From NCBI GenBank assembly GCA_965226495.1, contig OZ245365.1, forward strand, positions 4,512,001 through 4,576,000: a stretch of 64,000 bases of DNA, given 5' to 3'. Source of the DNA: Candidatus Marinacidobacterales bacterium. Lineage in GTDB: Bacteria; Acidobacteriota; Vicinamibacteria; Marinacidobacterales; DATDRI01. The notes under the pieces were generated by a model that had not been told where the DNA came from, did not search any database, and saw nothing but the letters and a program-made list of their open reading frames with translations. The position numbers were made by a program, and so were the translations under genes. Shown here piece after piece: positions 42,994 to 52,188 of the stretch; position 1 is the first letter of the stretch; every line of letters starts with the position of its first letter.

Positions 42994-45597
42994 ATGGGGT
43001 TCAGTCGTGGTACCAGGCTCGGCTCCTACGAGATCACTTCCCTGCTCGGCGCGGGCGGGATGGGTGAGGTGTACCGGGCGAAGGATCTCGAGCTCGGGCG
43101 CGACGTAGCGATCAAAGTGCTCCGCAAGGAGCTCGCTTCCGAACCGGCGGGCCTGAAGCGCTTCGAACAAGAGGCCCGCACCGCATCCGCGCTCAACCAC
43201 CCGAACATCACCACCATCTACCACATCGGTGAACACCAGGGCATGCGCTACATCGTGATGGAGTACGTCGACGGGAAGACGCTTCGGGAGATGCTTCGTG
43301 ACGGACCGCTTCCCTCGGAAACCCTACTCGAGTTCTCCACCCAAATCGCCGGGGGTTTGGCCAAGGCTCACTCCGCAGGGATCGTCCATCGGGATCTCAA
43401 GCCTGAGAATCTGATGGTCACCGACGATGGCTTCGTGAAGATTCTGGACTTTGGTCTGGCAAAGCTGACCGGTCCTCCGGTGAAGATGGATTCCGGCATG
43501 GCCACCATGACCAAGGTCGGCACGAGGGAAGGGACGATCTTGGGAACGGTGCAATACATGTCGCCGGAACAGGCGAGCGGACGGTCGCTAGATTATCGAT
43601 CCGATCAATTTTCGCTTGGGTTGGTCTTGCAGGAAATGGCGACCGGCGAGGCGGCGTTCAAGCGGGACACCGCTGCCGCGACGCTGGCGGCTATCATCGA
43701 GGGGAAAGCCGAGCCGATGACCGGGCTCGATCCAAAACTCCCCGAGAGTTTCCGGAGTGCGGTCTGGCGGTGCCTGATCAAGGATCCCGAAGGTCGTTAC
43801 GCCTCGACCACGGACTTGGTAAAGGAGCTGGAGCAGGTTCGGGCCGCGTTCTCTTTCGGCGATCCGCTGTCGGCTGCCATTGCTCGCGGGGAAACACCGG
43901 CGCCCGAGATCGTTGCCGCGGCGGGGACGTTCTCGGGTCTGTCACCCGCAGTGGCTTGGACATGTTTGTCTTCGGTCGTGCTGTCGCTCGCGGGCGCCCT
44001 ATGGATCTCGAGTCAGACGCGACTGAGTCAGATTACTCCTCTTCCTAAATCTCCTGAGCTTCTCATTGCCGATGCTCGAACGATACTCGAAGACTTGGGA
44101 TTCCCAACGCCGCAACGGGACAGCACCTACGGTTTCTCCCGGCGAGTCGACTACATCGACGAACTGATGTCCTCCGATCGTTCCAACGATTGGTGGGAGC
44201 TTCTAGCGCGAGGCGAGCCGAGCGTGGTTCGATTCTGGTACCGCGAAAGCCCCCAGTATCTCGTACCGCACCGCGTCACCGAATTCTTTCCCGCTGAGCG
44301 CGATCCACCCGACTCGCTCCCTGGCATGGTCAGCCTCCAGCTCGACACCTTCGGGCGGTTGCGCCGGTTGGAAGCCTTTCCTCCCGATCTCACCGACTCC
44401 GCCGATGAGACGAAGGAGCCCGATTGGACCGCGCTCTTTGCCGCCGCGGGTCTCGACCAGGAAGACTTCACGTCCGCCGAGCCACGGTGGTCCCCCCCCA
44501 GGTTCGCGAGTCGCCGCGCTGCGTGGGAGGGTACCTATCCCGACGCTCCCGAGATTCCGGTTCGCATCGAGACGGCCTCCTTCGCTGGGCGACCCACCTC
44601 CTTCCGCGTGGTTGAGCCGTGGAGTGAGCCTGCCGGCGAACGGGAAAACCCTTGGGTGCGTCCTTCGGACGTGGTGCCCAATCGATGGGCTAGCGCCGCT
44701 CACGTGGGCTTACATTTACTCTTCATGTTCACCCTCGCGATTTTGGCGCGGCGCAATCTCAAACTGGGTCGGGGGGATCGTAAGATTGCCTTCCGACTGG
44801 GCAGCGTCTTATTCGCCTCGGTGATGCTGCACTGGATCTTTGCGGCGCACCATGTGCCGGAGCGCTCCCAGCTCCAGATCTTCTTTGGCGCGCTTTATCG
44901 TTCCTTCTTTTCGTTTGGATTAGCCTGGCTCTTCTATATCTCGCTCGAGCCCTACGCTAGAAAGCTCTGGCCAAGGAGCATGATCTCCTGGGTTCGCCTC
45001 TTGTACGGGCGATTTCGGGATCCTTTGGTCGGACGGGACGTTTTGGTGGGCTGCGTCTATGGAATCGGGTTCGGCTTCTTGAATCGCGTCCTATGGTTGG
45101 CACCCACCTGGCTAGGAGACGCCCCACCGCCTCGGCCGGACCTTCCTCGCCACCCCGCCGAGTTTATCGCCTTACGTGGCGTGAGCGAGTCGCTTTCCCA
45201 GATCTTCGCGAATTTCGTAAACATCTCGACCCACATCCTGTTTCTTATTGTTGCGCTTCTGCTACTGCGGTTCATCTTCCGTAAGACCTGGCTCGCGGTG
45301 AGCATCCACGGGGCGTTGTACGTGTTCATCTACGCGTCTGGCTTCGGGCTTACCGGCATCACTCTTTGGATCTGTCTCTGGTATGTGGTTTTCTTCCGGT
45401 TCGGGTGGATTTCAATCCTGGTGGGGACTTTTACAAACGACCTCCTGAACGGTTTTCCGCTGACTACCGATCCAACGGTGTGGTACGCGCATGCCCCGAT
45501 TCTCGCGGTCCTCGTGTGCATGAGTCTCGCGCTGTACGGTTTCAAGGTGTCGCTCGCGGGACGCCCTCTCTTCAAGGACTTGCTGCCGGAAGCGTGA
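42994..45597 (+). CDS. Ser/Thr kinase with extracytoplasmic domain and multi-pass membrane C-terminus
   Basis: Kinase nearly identical to the preceding gene, followed by many hydrophobic C-terminal helices. Confidence 0.9.
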   Translation: MGFSRGTRLGSYEITSLLGAGGMGEVYRAKDLELGRDVAIKVLRKELASEPAGLKRFEQEARTASALNHPNITTIYHIGEHQGMRYIVMEYVDGKTLREMLRDGPLPSETLLEFSTQIAGGLAKAHSAGIVHRDLKPENLMVTDDGFVKILDFGLAKLTGPPVKMDSGMATMTKVGTREGTILGTVQYMSPEQASGRSLDYRSDQFSLGLVLQEMATGEAAFKRDTAAATLAAIIEGKAEPMTGLDPKLPESFRSAVWRCLIKDPEGRYASTTDLVKELEQVRAAFSFGDPLSAAIARGETPAPEIVAAAGTFSGLSPAVAWTCLSSVVLSLAGALWISSQTRLSQITPLPKSPELLIADARTILEDLGFPTPQRDSTYGFSRRVDYIDELMSSDRSNDWWELLARGEPSVVRFWYRESPQYLVPHRVTEFFPAERDPPDSLPGMVSLQLDTFGRLRRLEAFPPDLTDSADETKEPDWTALFAAAGLDQEDFTSAEPRWSPPRFASRRAAWEGTYPDAPEIPVRIETASFAGRPTSFRVVEPWSEPAGERENPWVRPSDVVPNRWASAAHVGLHLLFMFTLAILARRNLKLGRGDRKIAFRLGSVLFASVMLHWIFAAHHVPERSQLQIFFGALYRSFFSFGLAWLFYISLEPYARKLWPRSMISWVRLLYGRFRDPLVGRDVLVGCVYGIGFGFLNRVLWLAPTWLGDAPPPRPDLPRHPAEFIALRGVSESLSQIFANFVNISTHILFLIVALLLLRFIFRKTWLAVSIHGALYVFIYASGFGLTGITLWICLWYVVFFRFGWISILVGTFTNDLLNGFPLTTDPTVWYAHAPILAVLVCMSLALYGFKVSLAGRPLFKDLLPEA

Positions 45598-45725
45598 GTC
45601 CATCATCGCTGCCGAGAAAGCTGGCTGGCGGACAACACTAAAATATCGCCTAGCTATTGGGAAATCAGCGGGTTCGGGGAGCCGGTTTGAATCTGGGGAG
45701 GCAACCTGCTACCTATGTCCGGGTG

Positions 45726-46667
45726 ATGATAGTCAAGAAACTCCTTTGGCTTTGCATTCTGGGCGTGGCCGTTGGCTGCTCCCCCACCGTCCAGGCGCCG
45801 ATCGAAGAGGAGGCGCCCGCACCCGCCTCCGAGTCCCGCGACAAATCCTTCGACTCGGACGGCGTTCAGATCCGCTATGCGGAGCAGGGAGAAGGGGATC
45901 CACTCATCCTGATCCATGGTTTCGCCATGAGCCACGACCGGTGGGAAGCGGCGGGGATCCTTGATGCGTTCGCCGCGCGGGGGTATCGGGTGCTCGCCAT
46001 CGATGCTCGCGGCCACGGCGGAAGTGGCAAGCCCCACGACCCGATAGCCTACGGCGAACAGATATCGCTCGACGTGGTGCGGCTCATCGAGCATCTCGGG
46101 TTGGAGCAAGCCTACGTTGCCGGTCATTCCATGGGGGCCATCGTGACCAACAAGGTGCGATCGCTGGCTCCGGAGAAGGTTCGGGCCGCGGTCTTGGGTG
46201 GTGCGGGATGGCAGAAGAAAGGTGACACGGTGCTGCCCGGGATCACCGCTCTCGAGCTCGCCGAGGCGCTCGAGGAGACCGGCAACTTCAAATGGATGCT
46301 GAGGGAGTTCACCAAGGATCAGCAACCACCTGCCACGGAAGAAGAGATCGAGGGGCACAACAAGAGGATGATGTATGGCAACGACACCTTGGCGCTGGCC
46401 GCCGTGCTGCGAGGATGGGACGGGCTGGCGGTAACCGAGGAAGACCTTCGCGCGAACGAAGTGCCGACTCTCGCTTTGGTCGGCGGAGACGATCCTTTGA
46501 AGGAAAAAGTGGATGATCTGGACGGGGTCATGAGTAACCTGCAGATTGTCGTGATCCCGGATGCCGATCACTTCGAGTCACTCACCGATCCGGCATTTGT
46601 GGAGAATATAGATGCGTTCTTGGGCGAGCACCCCTTGGCGGGGAGTGAGCCGGAGACCGAGGAGTAG
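45726..46667 (+). CDS. Alpha/beta hydrolase lipoprotein
   Basis: Lipobox AVGC, HGF, GHSMG nucleophile motif. Confidence 0.88.
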   Translation: MIVKKLLWLCILGVAVGCSPTVQAPIEEEAPAPASESRDKSFDSDGVQIRYAEQGEGDPLILIHGFAMSHDRWEAAGILDAFAARGYRVLAIDARGHGGSGKPHDPIAYGEQISLDVVRLIEHLGLEQAYVAGHSMGAIVTNKVRSLAPEKVRAAVLGGAGWQKKGDTVLPGITALELAEALEETGNFKWMLREFTKDQQPPATEEEIEGHNKRMMYGNDTLALAAVLRGWDGLAVTEEDLRANEVPTLALVGGDDPLKEKVDDLDGVMSNLQIVVIPDADHFESLTDPAFVENIDAFLGEHPLAGSEPETEE

Positions 46668-46671
46668 ACAA

Positions 46672-47631
46672 ATGGTCATTATGAAGAGCTCCTGGTTGGG
46701 GGCGGTTGCTTGGTTAGGGTTAGCGCTGGTCGGTTGCTCGCCGCCGGTCGAGGCGCCTGTTGATGATGTTGATGTTGTCGCGACCGAGGAAGCCCCGGAG
46801 TCGGTCGACAAGTTCTTCGACTCCGATGGAGTCCAGATCCACTACACCGACACCGGGGAAGGGGATCCGCTCGTTCTGATTCACGGCTTTGCCATGAACT
46901 GGAAGCGGATGAAGAGCGCGGGTGCTGTCGACGGACTGGCGGAGCGTGGATACAGGGTCCTCGCCATCGATGCGCGAGGCCATGGCGAGAGTGGCCGGCC
47001 CCACGACCCTGGCGCCTACGGTGAGGAGATTCCTCTCGATGTGGTTCGGCTCATCGAGCACCTGGGTTTGGAACAAGCGTACGTGGTCGGCTATTCGATG
47101 GGGGCCATCGTTACGAACAAGGTTCGGGCGCTGGCTCCGGAGAAGCTTCGCGCCGTGGTGATGGGTGGTGCAGGCTGGCAGAAGGAAGGCGGCACGGCGC
47201 TTCCGGGTATCACCTCGCTCAAGCTAGCGGAGAAGCTCGAGGAGACCGGTGACTTCAAGTGGATGCTCGAGGAATTCGTGAAGGACCGGCAGCCGCCCGC
47301 CACTGAAGAAGAGATCGAAGAGCGCAATAACAGGATGATGGAGGGTAACGATCCCATCGCGCTAGCCGCCGTGCTGCGAGGATGGGATGGCTTCGCGGTG
47401 TCCGAAGAAAACCTCCGGGCGAACGAAGTACCCACCCTCGTGGTCGTGGGTGCCAACGATCCGCTGAAGGTCAAAGTGGACGACTTGGACGGGGTCATGA
47501 GCAACCTGGAAATCGTCGTTATTCCGGACCAGGATCACGGGGCGCTCTCGCATCCGGATTTCGTGAAGCACGTGGATGAGTTCCTTAGTAAACACCCACT
47601 GGGCTCGGATGAGCCGGAAACGGATGAATAA
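46672..47631 (+). CDS. Alpha/beta hydrolase lipoprotein (tandem paralogue)
   Basis: Lipobox LVGC, HGF, GYSMG; highly similar to the preceding gene. Confidence 0.88.
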   Translation: MVIMKSSWLGAVAWLGLALVGCSPPVEAPVDDVDVVATEEAPESVDKFFDSDGVQIHYTDTGEGDPLVLIHGFAMNWKRMKSAGAVDGLAERGYRVLAIDARGHGESGRPHDPGAYGEEIPLDVVRLIEHLGLEQAYVVGYSMGAIVTNKVRALAPEKLRAVVMGGAGWQKEGGTALPGITSLKLAEKLEETGDFKWMLEEFVKDRQPPATEEEIEERNNRMMEGNDPIALAAVLRGWDGFAVSEENLRANEVPTLVVVGANDPLKVKVDDLDGVMSNLEIVVIPDQDHGALSHPDFVKHVDEFLSKHPLGSDEPETDE

Positions 47632-47645
47632 GGGGCGGCTTCAGG

Positions 47646-48617
47646 ATGAAGGCGATCGTCTGCCACGAGTACGGCTCGCCTGATGTTCTCGAGCTCCAAG
47701 AAATCGACAAGCCGGTCGTCAAAGACGATGACGTGCTGGTACGAGTTCACGCTGCTTCGGTAAATCCAGCGGACTGGTACCTTCTCAAGGGCACGCCATA
47801 CCTCGTGCGCCTGATGACCGGTGGGCTGCTCAAACCCAAACACAACATCCCGGGAATCGATGTGGCCGGGCGGGTCGAAGCGGTCGGCGGAAACGTGAAG
47901 CAGTTTGAGCCGGGCGATGAGGTATTCGGCGGGGGCGGCGGGGCCTTTGCTGAGTACGTCTGTCTTCCTGAAGATGGCCTAGTCCTGAAACCGGCCAACC
48001 TGACGTTTGAACAAGCGGCGGCCGTACCTGTGGCGGCATACACCGCCCTCCAGGGTATTCGCGACAAAGGACAGGTTCAGCCAGGGCAAAAGGTTCTGAT
48101 CAACGGTGCGTCGGGAGGGGTCGGCACGTTTGCCGTCCAGATTGCCAAATCGTACGGGGCGGAAGTGACCGGCGTTTGCAGCACGAGGAACGTCGACATG
48201 GTCCGATCGATCGGCGCAGACCACGTCATCGACTACACCCAAGAAGACTTCACCCAGAGTGGCCGGCGATACGACGTAATACTAGATGCTGTGGGAAACC
48301 GTTCGTTGTCAGATTACCGGCGCGTGTTGAACCCTACGGGTGTTTATGTAGCAGCCTCCGGAGGGCTGGTGGGTGATTGGCTCGGACCCATGATTTGGAT
48401 GTTCAAAATACTCCTGGCTTCACTGGTCGGGAGTCAGAAGATGGTTGTGCTGATGGCGGAACAAACCAAGAGCGATCTTGTTGCCCTGAAGGAGCTTCTC
48501 GAATCCGGAAAAGTCACACCGGTCATAGACAGACGGTACAAGTTGAGTGAGGTCCCTGAAGCTCTCCGCTATCAGGGAGAAGGTCACGCCCAAGGAAAAA
48601 CCGTCATCACCGTGTGA
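47646..48617 (+). CDS. NAD(P)-dependent MDR oxidoreductase (quinone-reductase/alcohol-dehydrogenase-like)
   Basis: AASVNPADW, NGASGGVG, VTPVIDRRY, GKTVI. Confidence 0.9.
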   Translation: MKAIVCHEYGSPDVLELQEIDKPVVKDDDVLVRVHAASVNPADWYLLKGTPYLVRLMTGGLLKPKHNIPGIDVAGRVEAVGGNVKQFEPGDEVFGGGGGAFAEYVCLPEDGLVLKPANLTFEQAAAVPVAAYTALQGIRDKGQVQPGQKVLINGASGGVGTFAVQIAKSYGAEVTGVCSTRNVDMVRSIGADHVIDYTQEDFTQSGRRYDVILDAVGNRSLSDYRRVLNPTGVYVAASGGLVGDWLGPMIWMFKILLASLVGSQKMVVLMAEQTKSDLVALKELLESGKVTPVIDRRYKLSEVPEALRYQGEGHAQGKTVITV

Positions 48618-48774
48618 AGGCGTGTAGCCAGGTGCCCTCTGCACTCGGATGAGCCGGAAACAGACGACTGGCACTCGCTCCGTCTGTGACCTCCGGTAAC
48701 GGGCCCTGTGGAAAACTTGGATCACGTGATCCCTCGAGCGTGTTGTTTGGCCGGGGTGCGAGTGTCCCTTTTCT

Positions 48775-48890
48775 GGATCAGACTAAACTCCCATTCAGAG
48801 AGCTGACACCTGTCCCATTTGCTTGTTACTTTTGGTGTCAAAATGCACATTTTCGGATCAGACCCCTGCGATAAAACGGGATCAGACCCC
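48775..48890. repeat. Cluster of short GGATCAGACCCC-type REP-like palindromes
   Basis: ggatcagact (48775), ggatcagacccc (48855), gggatcagacccc (48878). Confidence 0.55.
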
Positions 48891-48893
48891 CGG

Positions 48894-49889
48894 TTATGTG
48901 AGGTGGCGAGCGGTTTCGGCGGGGGTCAACTCGAGGCTACCCTCGTGGGCTTTCAAGGCATGATGGGGCATCTCGTCCACGAGGCATGTCTCTCTTTTTT
49001 GCACAATGACGGTTCCGCCCTCACGTGCCAGGAGCCTGACGCCCTCGACGCCATCTCCTCCTTCGCCTGACAGAACCACCGCGCAGGAAGTCTCGGGTCG
49101 CACGGCCGCGGCAGACCGAAACAGCGTCGTGATCGACGGTCGGTGCCCGCCAACCAGCCGACCTCGCTGTGGCGCGACGGAATCGCGGCTATCGACGACC
49201 AGGTGGGCATCTTCCGGCGCGAGGTAGATGGCTCGTGGAGCCAGCTTCTGTCCCTGCTCACAGACCTCGACGCGAAATCCTGTTTCCGCCGTCAACCAGC
49301 GTACGTATCCTTTCAAGAAGCCGGGTGCCAGGTGCTGCACCACACAGATCGATCCGGTGAACGACTCAGGTAGGCGACGAAGGATCTCAGTCGTTGCCTG
49401 AATTCCTCCCACCGCGCCACCGATGAGAATCAAGGATGGCGTGACGCGAGCCGGTTGGTTGGCCGCGAGTGGCGTCGGGCGAGCGCTCACTCCCATGGCG
49501 AGACACGACCGCGCAGCGAGCTCGACCCGCTTGACCAAGGTTCGGACCACGCTTTCTTGGGCTTCGGGCGACGCCCGTTTCACGAGATCCACGGCTCCCT
49601 CGTCCAGGGCGATGAATGCCAAATCTTCTTCGTCCGAACTCGGCTGCGTGGTAATCAGAATCCGGGACGGAGCATGCTCCATGATCTGACGGGTGGCCAA
49701 AGCCGCACGCAATACGGGAAGGCCGGCGTCCATCAAGATGACGTCGGGCTTCAAGCGATGGGCGAGTACGATCGCCTCTTCGCCGTTGCGAGCCACTCCC
49801 ACCGACTCGGCGACGCCCGATTGCTTGAGCGCGAGCGATAGGAAATTGGCTTGGAAGGGTGAACCCTCAGCGATCAGCACGCGTATCAT
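48894..49889 (-). CDS. CheB-like REC + methylesterase-fold protein (catalytic Ser absent)
   Basis: REC domain (PDVILMD) and CheB motifs VQHL, HRPSI, LSGEGGDG. IGGAVGG replaces IGASTGG. Confidence 0.8.
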   Translation of the reverse strand: MIRVLIAEGSPFQANFLSLALKQSGVAESVGVARNGEEAIVLAHRLKPDVILMDAGLPVLRAALATRQIMEHAPSRILITTQPSSDEEDLAFIALDEGAVDLVKRASPEAQESVVRTLVKRVELAARSCLAMGVSARPTPLAANQPARVTPSLILIGGAVGGIQATTEILRRLPESFTGSICVVQHLAPGFLKGYVRWLTAETGFRVEVCEQGQKLAPRAIYLAPEDAHLVVDSRDSVAPQRGRLVGGHRPSITTLFRSAAAVRPETSCAVVLSGEGGDGVEGVRLLAREGGTVIVQKRETCLVDEMPHHALKAHEGSLELTPAETARHLT

Positions 49890-49946
49890 TGGGGGTGCCG
49901 ATAGTAGGCAAGGTCGGCCCCCGAGTCAAGGACGTCTCAAGAACCG

Positions 49947-50267
49947 TTATTCAGATTCTTCTGGCTTGGACAGGCCGAGGTGAGTCCAAACGTCGGTGCC
50001 CACCCGAGACTCGAAAACCTGCGCCTGAGACTTGATTTCCCCAACGCTTTCGTCGAGGCCGATTCGTTCGACGCGATGCATGGGAAAGAAGATCGTCGAC
50101 AAACCCATCGTGTCTTCACCCTTCGCCGTCTCCCGCATCCAATCCTCGAACGAGTTCAGATCTATTCCTCTAACGTTCACGCCGGCGTCGGCGATGGAGA
50201 GCAGGATGCACCAATACTTCTCGCGCGGGTTCTGGAGATAGACAACGACCGGCGAGTGTTTCTTCAC
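49947..50267 (-). CDS. Hypothetical protein
   Basis: GTG start overlaps the aminotransferase stop. 106 aa, VYLQNPREKYW...GIDLNSFEDW...FFPMHRVER. Confidence 0.65.
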   Translation of the reverse strand: MKKHSPVVVYLQNPREKYWCILLSIADAGVNVRGIDLNSFEDWMRETAKGEDTMGLSTIFFPMHRVERIGLDESVGEIKSQAQVFESRVGTDVWTHLGLSKPEESE

Positions 50268-51481
50268 GAACGGCGTCCCTCCCCGCGTTTCTCGAAGAAC
50301 CGATGCATACGCTGGAGACCTTCTTCGATCTGCTCCCGTGAAGTGGAAAACGAGACGCGAAAGTGCCCTTCGCAATCGAAGGCCAATCCCGGCACGACCG
50401 CGACGTGTTCCTCCTTCAGGAGAAGCGTTGCGAGGTCGGTGGCGCTCTTGACCTCTCCGGTCAAGTACGCCTTGAACGAAGGAAAGAGATAAAAGCTCCC
50501 TTTCGGCTCGACGCAGGTGACCCCGGGGATCTCGAGGAGCCCGGAGCGTAGGCGATCTCGCCGCCATCGGTACTCGTCCAACATCGCCTGTAGCGGGGAT
50601 TGATCCCCGAGGAGTGCTTCCAGTGCCGCTCGTTGCGAGATAGACGAAGCGTTCGAGGTCATATGGCTTTGGAGCTTGGCGCAACCGGAGATGACGTCTT
50701 TGGGACCGATCGCCCAGCCTAGGCGCCAGCCGGTCATAGCGTACGTTTTCGAAGCCGTGCCAGCGATGACGAAACGGTCCCCCACCTTCTCCCGCAACGT
50801 CCGGAGTGCCGCCGACGGCATGGGCTCGTAGCTGAGCTTTCCATAGGTGTCGTCCCAAAGAATGTAGAAGCCACGCTCGGCGGCGAGCTCGCCCAGTGCC
50901 AGGAAGTCTTCCGCTTCCACAACGGCGCCAGCCGGGTTCGAGGGGGAGTTCAAAAGAACAACCTTGGTCCGTGGAGTCACCGCCCCACCGACCAACTCCG
51001 CAGAGATCCGAAAGTCTTCCGACTCTTTCGTCTCTACGAATACCGGCTTGGCCTCGACCAGCCGAACCTGCTCGGAGAACGTCTTCCAATGAGGATTGGG
51101 GATAACGACTTCGTCTCCCGGATCGAGGAGCGTCATCATCAAACCGAAGAGCGCGTGTTTCCCACCGTGGGTGACGATGGCTTCCGACGGCTCGAACTCG
51201 AGCCCGTAGTCACTCCGGTAGCGTTCGCAGATGGCGTTCCGAAGCTCCGGGATGCCGGGGTTAACGGTGTAGCGGGTGAAATTCTCTCGAATAGCTTGAT
51301 GCGCGGCTTCTTTGATGGGCTCCGGGGTTGGGAAATCCGGCTCGCCGGCTCCGAAGTCGACGACCTCGGCGCCTTCGGCACGAAGCCGGGTGGCCTCCGC
51401 CATCACCGCCATCGTGGGCGAGGGCGAGAGTCGAGAGAGGCGACGAGCCAGGCTGGGCGCCCCCGGCTCCGTCTCTTTCAT
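50264..51481 (-). CDS. PLP-dependent class I/II (aspartate) aminotransferase
   Basis: GEPDF, NSPSNPAG, SKTYAMTGWRLG. Confidence 0.92.
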   Translation of the reverse strand: MKETEPGAPSLARRLSRLSPSPTMAVMAEATRLRAEGAEVVDFGAGEPDFPTPEPIKEAAHQAIRENFTRYTVNPGIPELRNAICERYRSDYGLEFEPSEAIVTHGGKHALFGLMMTLLDPGDEVVIPNPHWKTFSEQVRLVEAKPVFVETKESEDFRISAELVGGAVTPRTKVVLLNSPSNPAGAVVEAEDFLALGELAAERGFYILWDDTYGKLSYEPMPSAALRTLREKVGDRFVIAGTASKTYAMTGWRLGWAIGPKDVISGCAKLQSHMTSNASSISQRAALEALLGDQSPLQAMLDEYRWRRDRLRSGLLEIPGVTCVEPKGSFYLFPSFKAYLTGEVKSATDLATLLLKEEHVAVVPGLAFDCEGHFRVSFSTSREQIEEGLQRMHRFFEKRGEGRRS

Positions 51482-51485
51482 GGTC

Positions 51486-51974
51486 CTACCGCTTACCCAG
51501 CTCGTCGATGAGGCGGCGTTCGACACCGGGAGGGACCAAACCCGTGACGGTACCGCCCAGACTGACCACTTCTTTGATGAGACGCGAGCTCACGTAGGAG
51601 TACTCCTCGGCCGGCATCATGAACACCGTCTCGATCGTGGGTGCGAGTCGCCGATTCATGAGCGCCATCTGGAACTCGTACTCGAAATCCGAGATCGCCC
51701 GGATGCCTCGGACGATGGCGGTCGCACCTTTGTCTTTCGTGTAGTCGACCAGCAAACCGCTAAACGCATCGGCTTCGACATTGGGCCGGTCGGCAAAGGT
51801 TTCTTCGATCATCTCGATCCGCTCCGGGACCGAGAAAACCGGCTCCTTCTCTGCGTTCTCCAAGACCGCAACCACGATCTTGTCGAAGAGCGAGCTGCCT
51901 CGGGCGATGATGTCCACGTGCCCCATCGTAAGTGGATCGAAGGAGCCCGGGTATATCGCGGTTCGAATCGCCAT
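51486..51974 (-). CDS. coaD: Phosphopantetheine adenylyltransferase
   Basis: IYPGSFDPLTMGH, RGIRAISDFEYE, SSRLIKE. Confidence 0.97.
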   Translation of the reverse strand: MAIRTAIYPGSFDPLTMGHVDIIARGSSLFDKIVVAVLENAEKEPVFSVPERIEMIEETFADRPNVEADAFSGLLVDYTKDKGATAIVRGIRAISDFEYEFQMALMNRRLAPTIETVFMMPAEEYSYVSSRLIKEVVSLGGTVTGLVPPGVERRLIDELGKR

Positions 51975-52023
51975 GTGTGGAAACTCGGCGCAGTCTAACA
52001 TAGGCCCCGCGGCCCGGACAAAT

Positions 52024-52186
52024 TAGTGTCCTGTATCAGTAGATCGTTGCCTAAAGCTCGTGGCCATTTTGTGTGCTGGCGAGGCGTGACGACGACGTCA
52101 TATCTGGATATTTCGAGGAGTCACAACAAAGCCAGCGCGCAAAAGGGGCCGAGACTTAGGTGACGAATTACTGATACAGGGCACTA
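52024..52186. mobile_element. MITE-like ~163-bp long imperfect hairpin between rsmD and coaD
   Basis: 18-bp terminal inverted repeats TAGTGTCCTGTATCAGTA / TACTGATACAGGGCACTA (1 mismatch). Arms pair imperfectly over ~55-60 bp; no ORF. Confidence 0.75.
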
Positions 52187-52188
52187 GT

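Noticed and set aside
50268-51089. 380-aa ORF 49947-51089
   Set aside because: Only the last 106 aa look like a real protein; the rest is an off-frame overlap with the aminotransferase.
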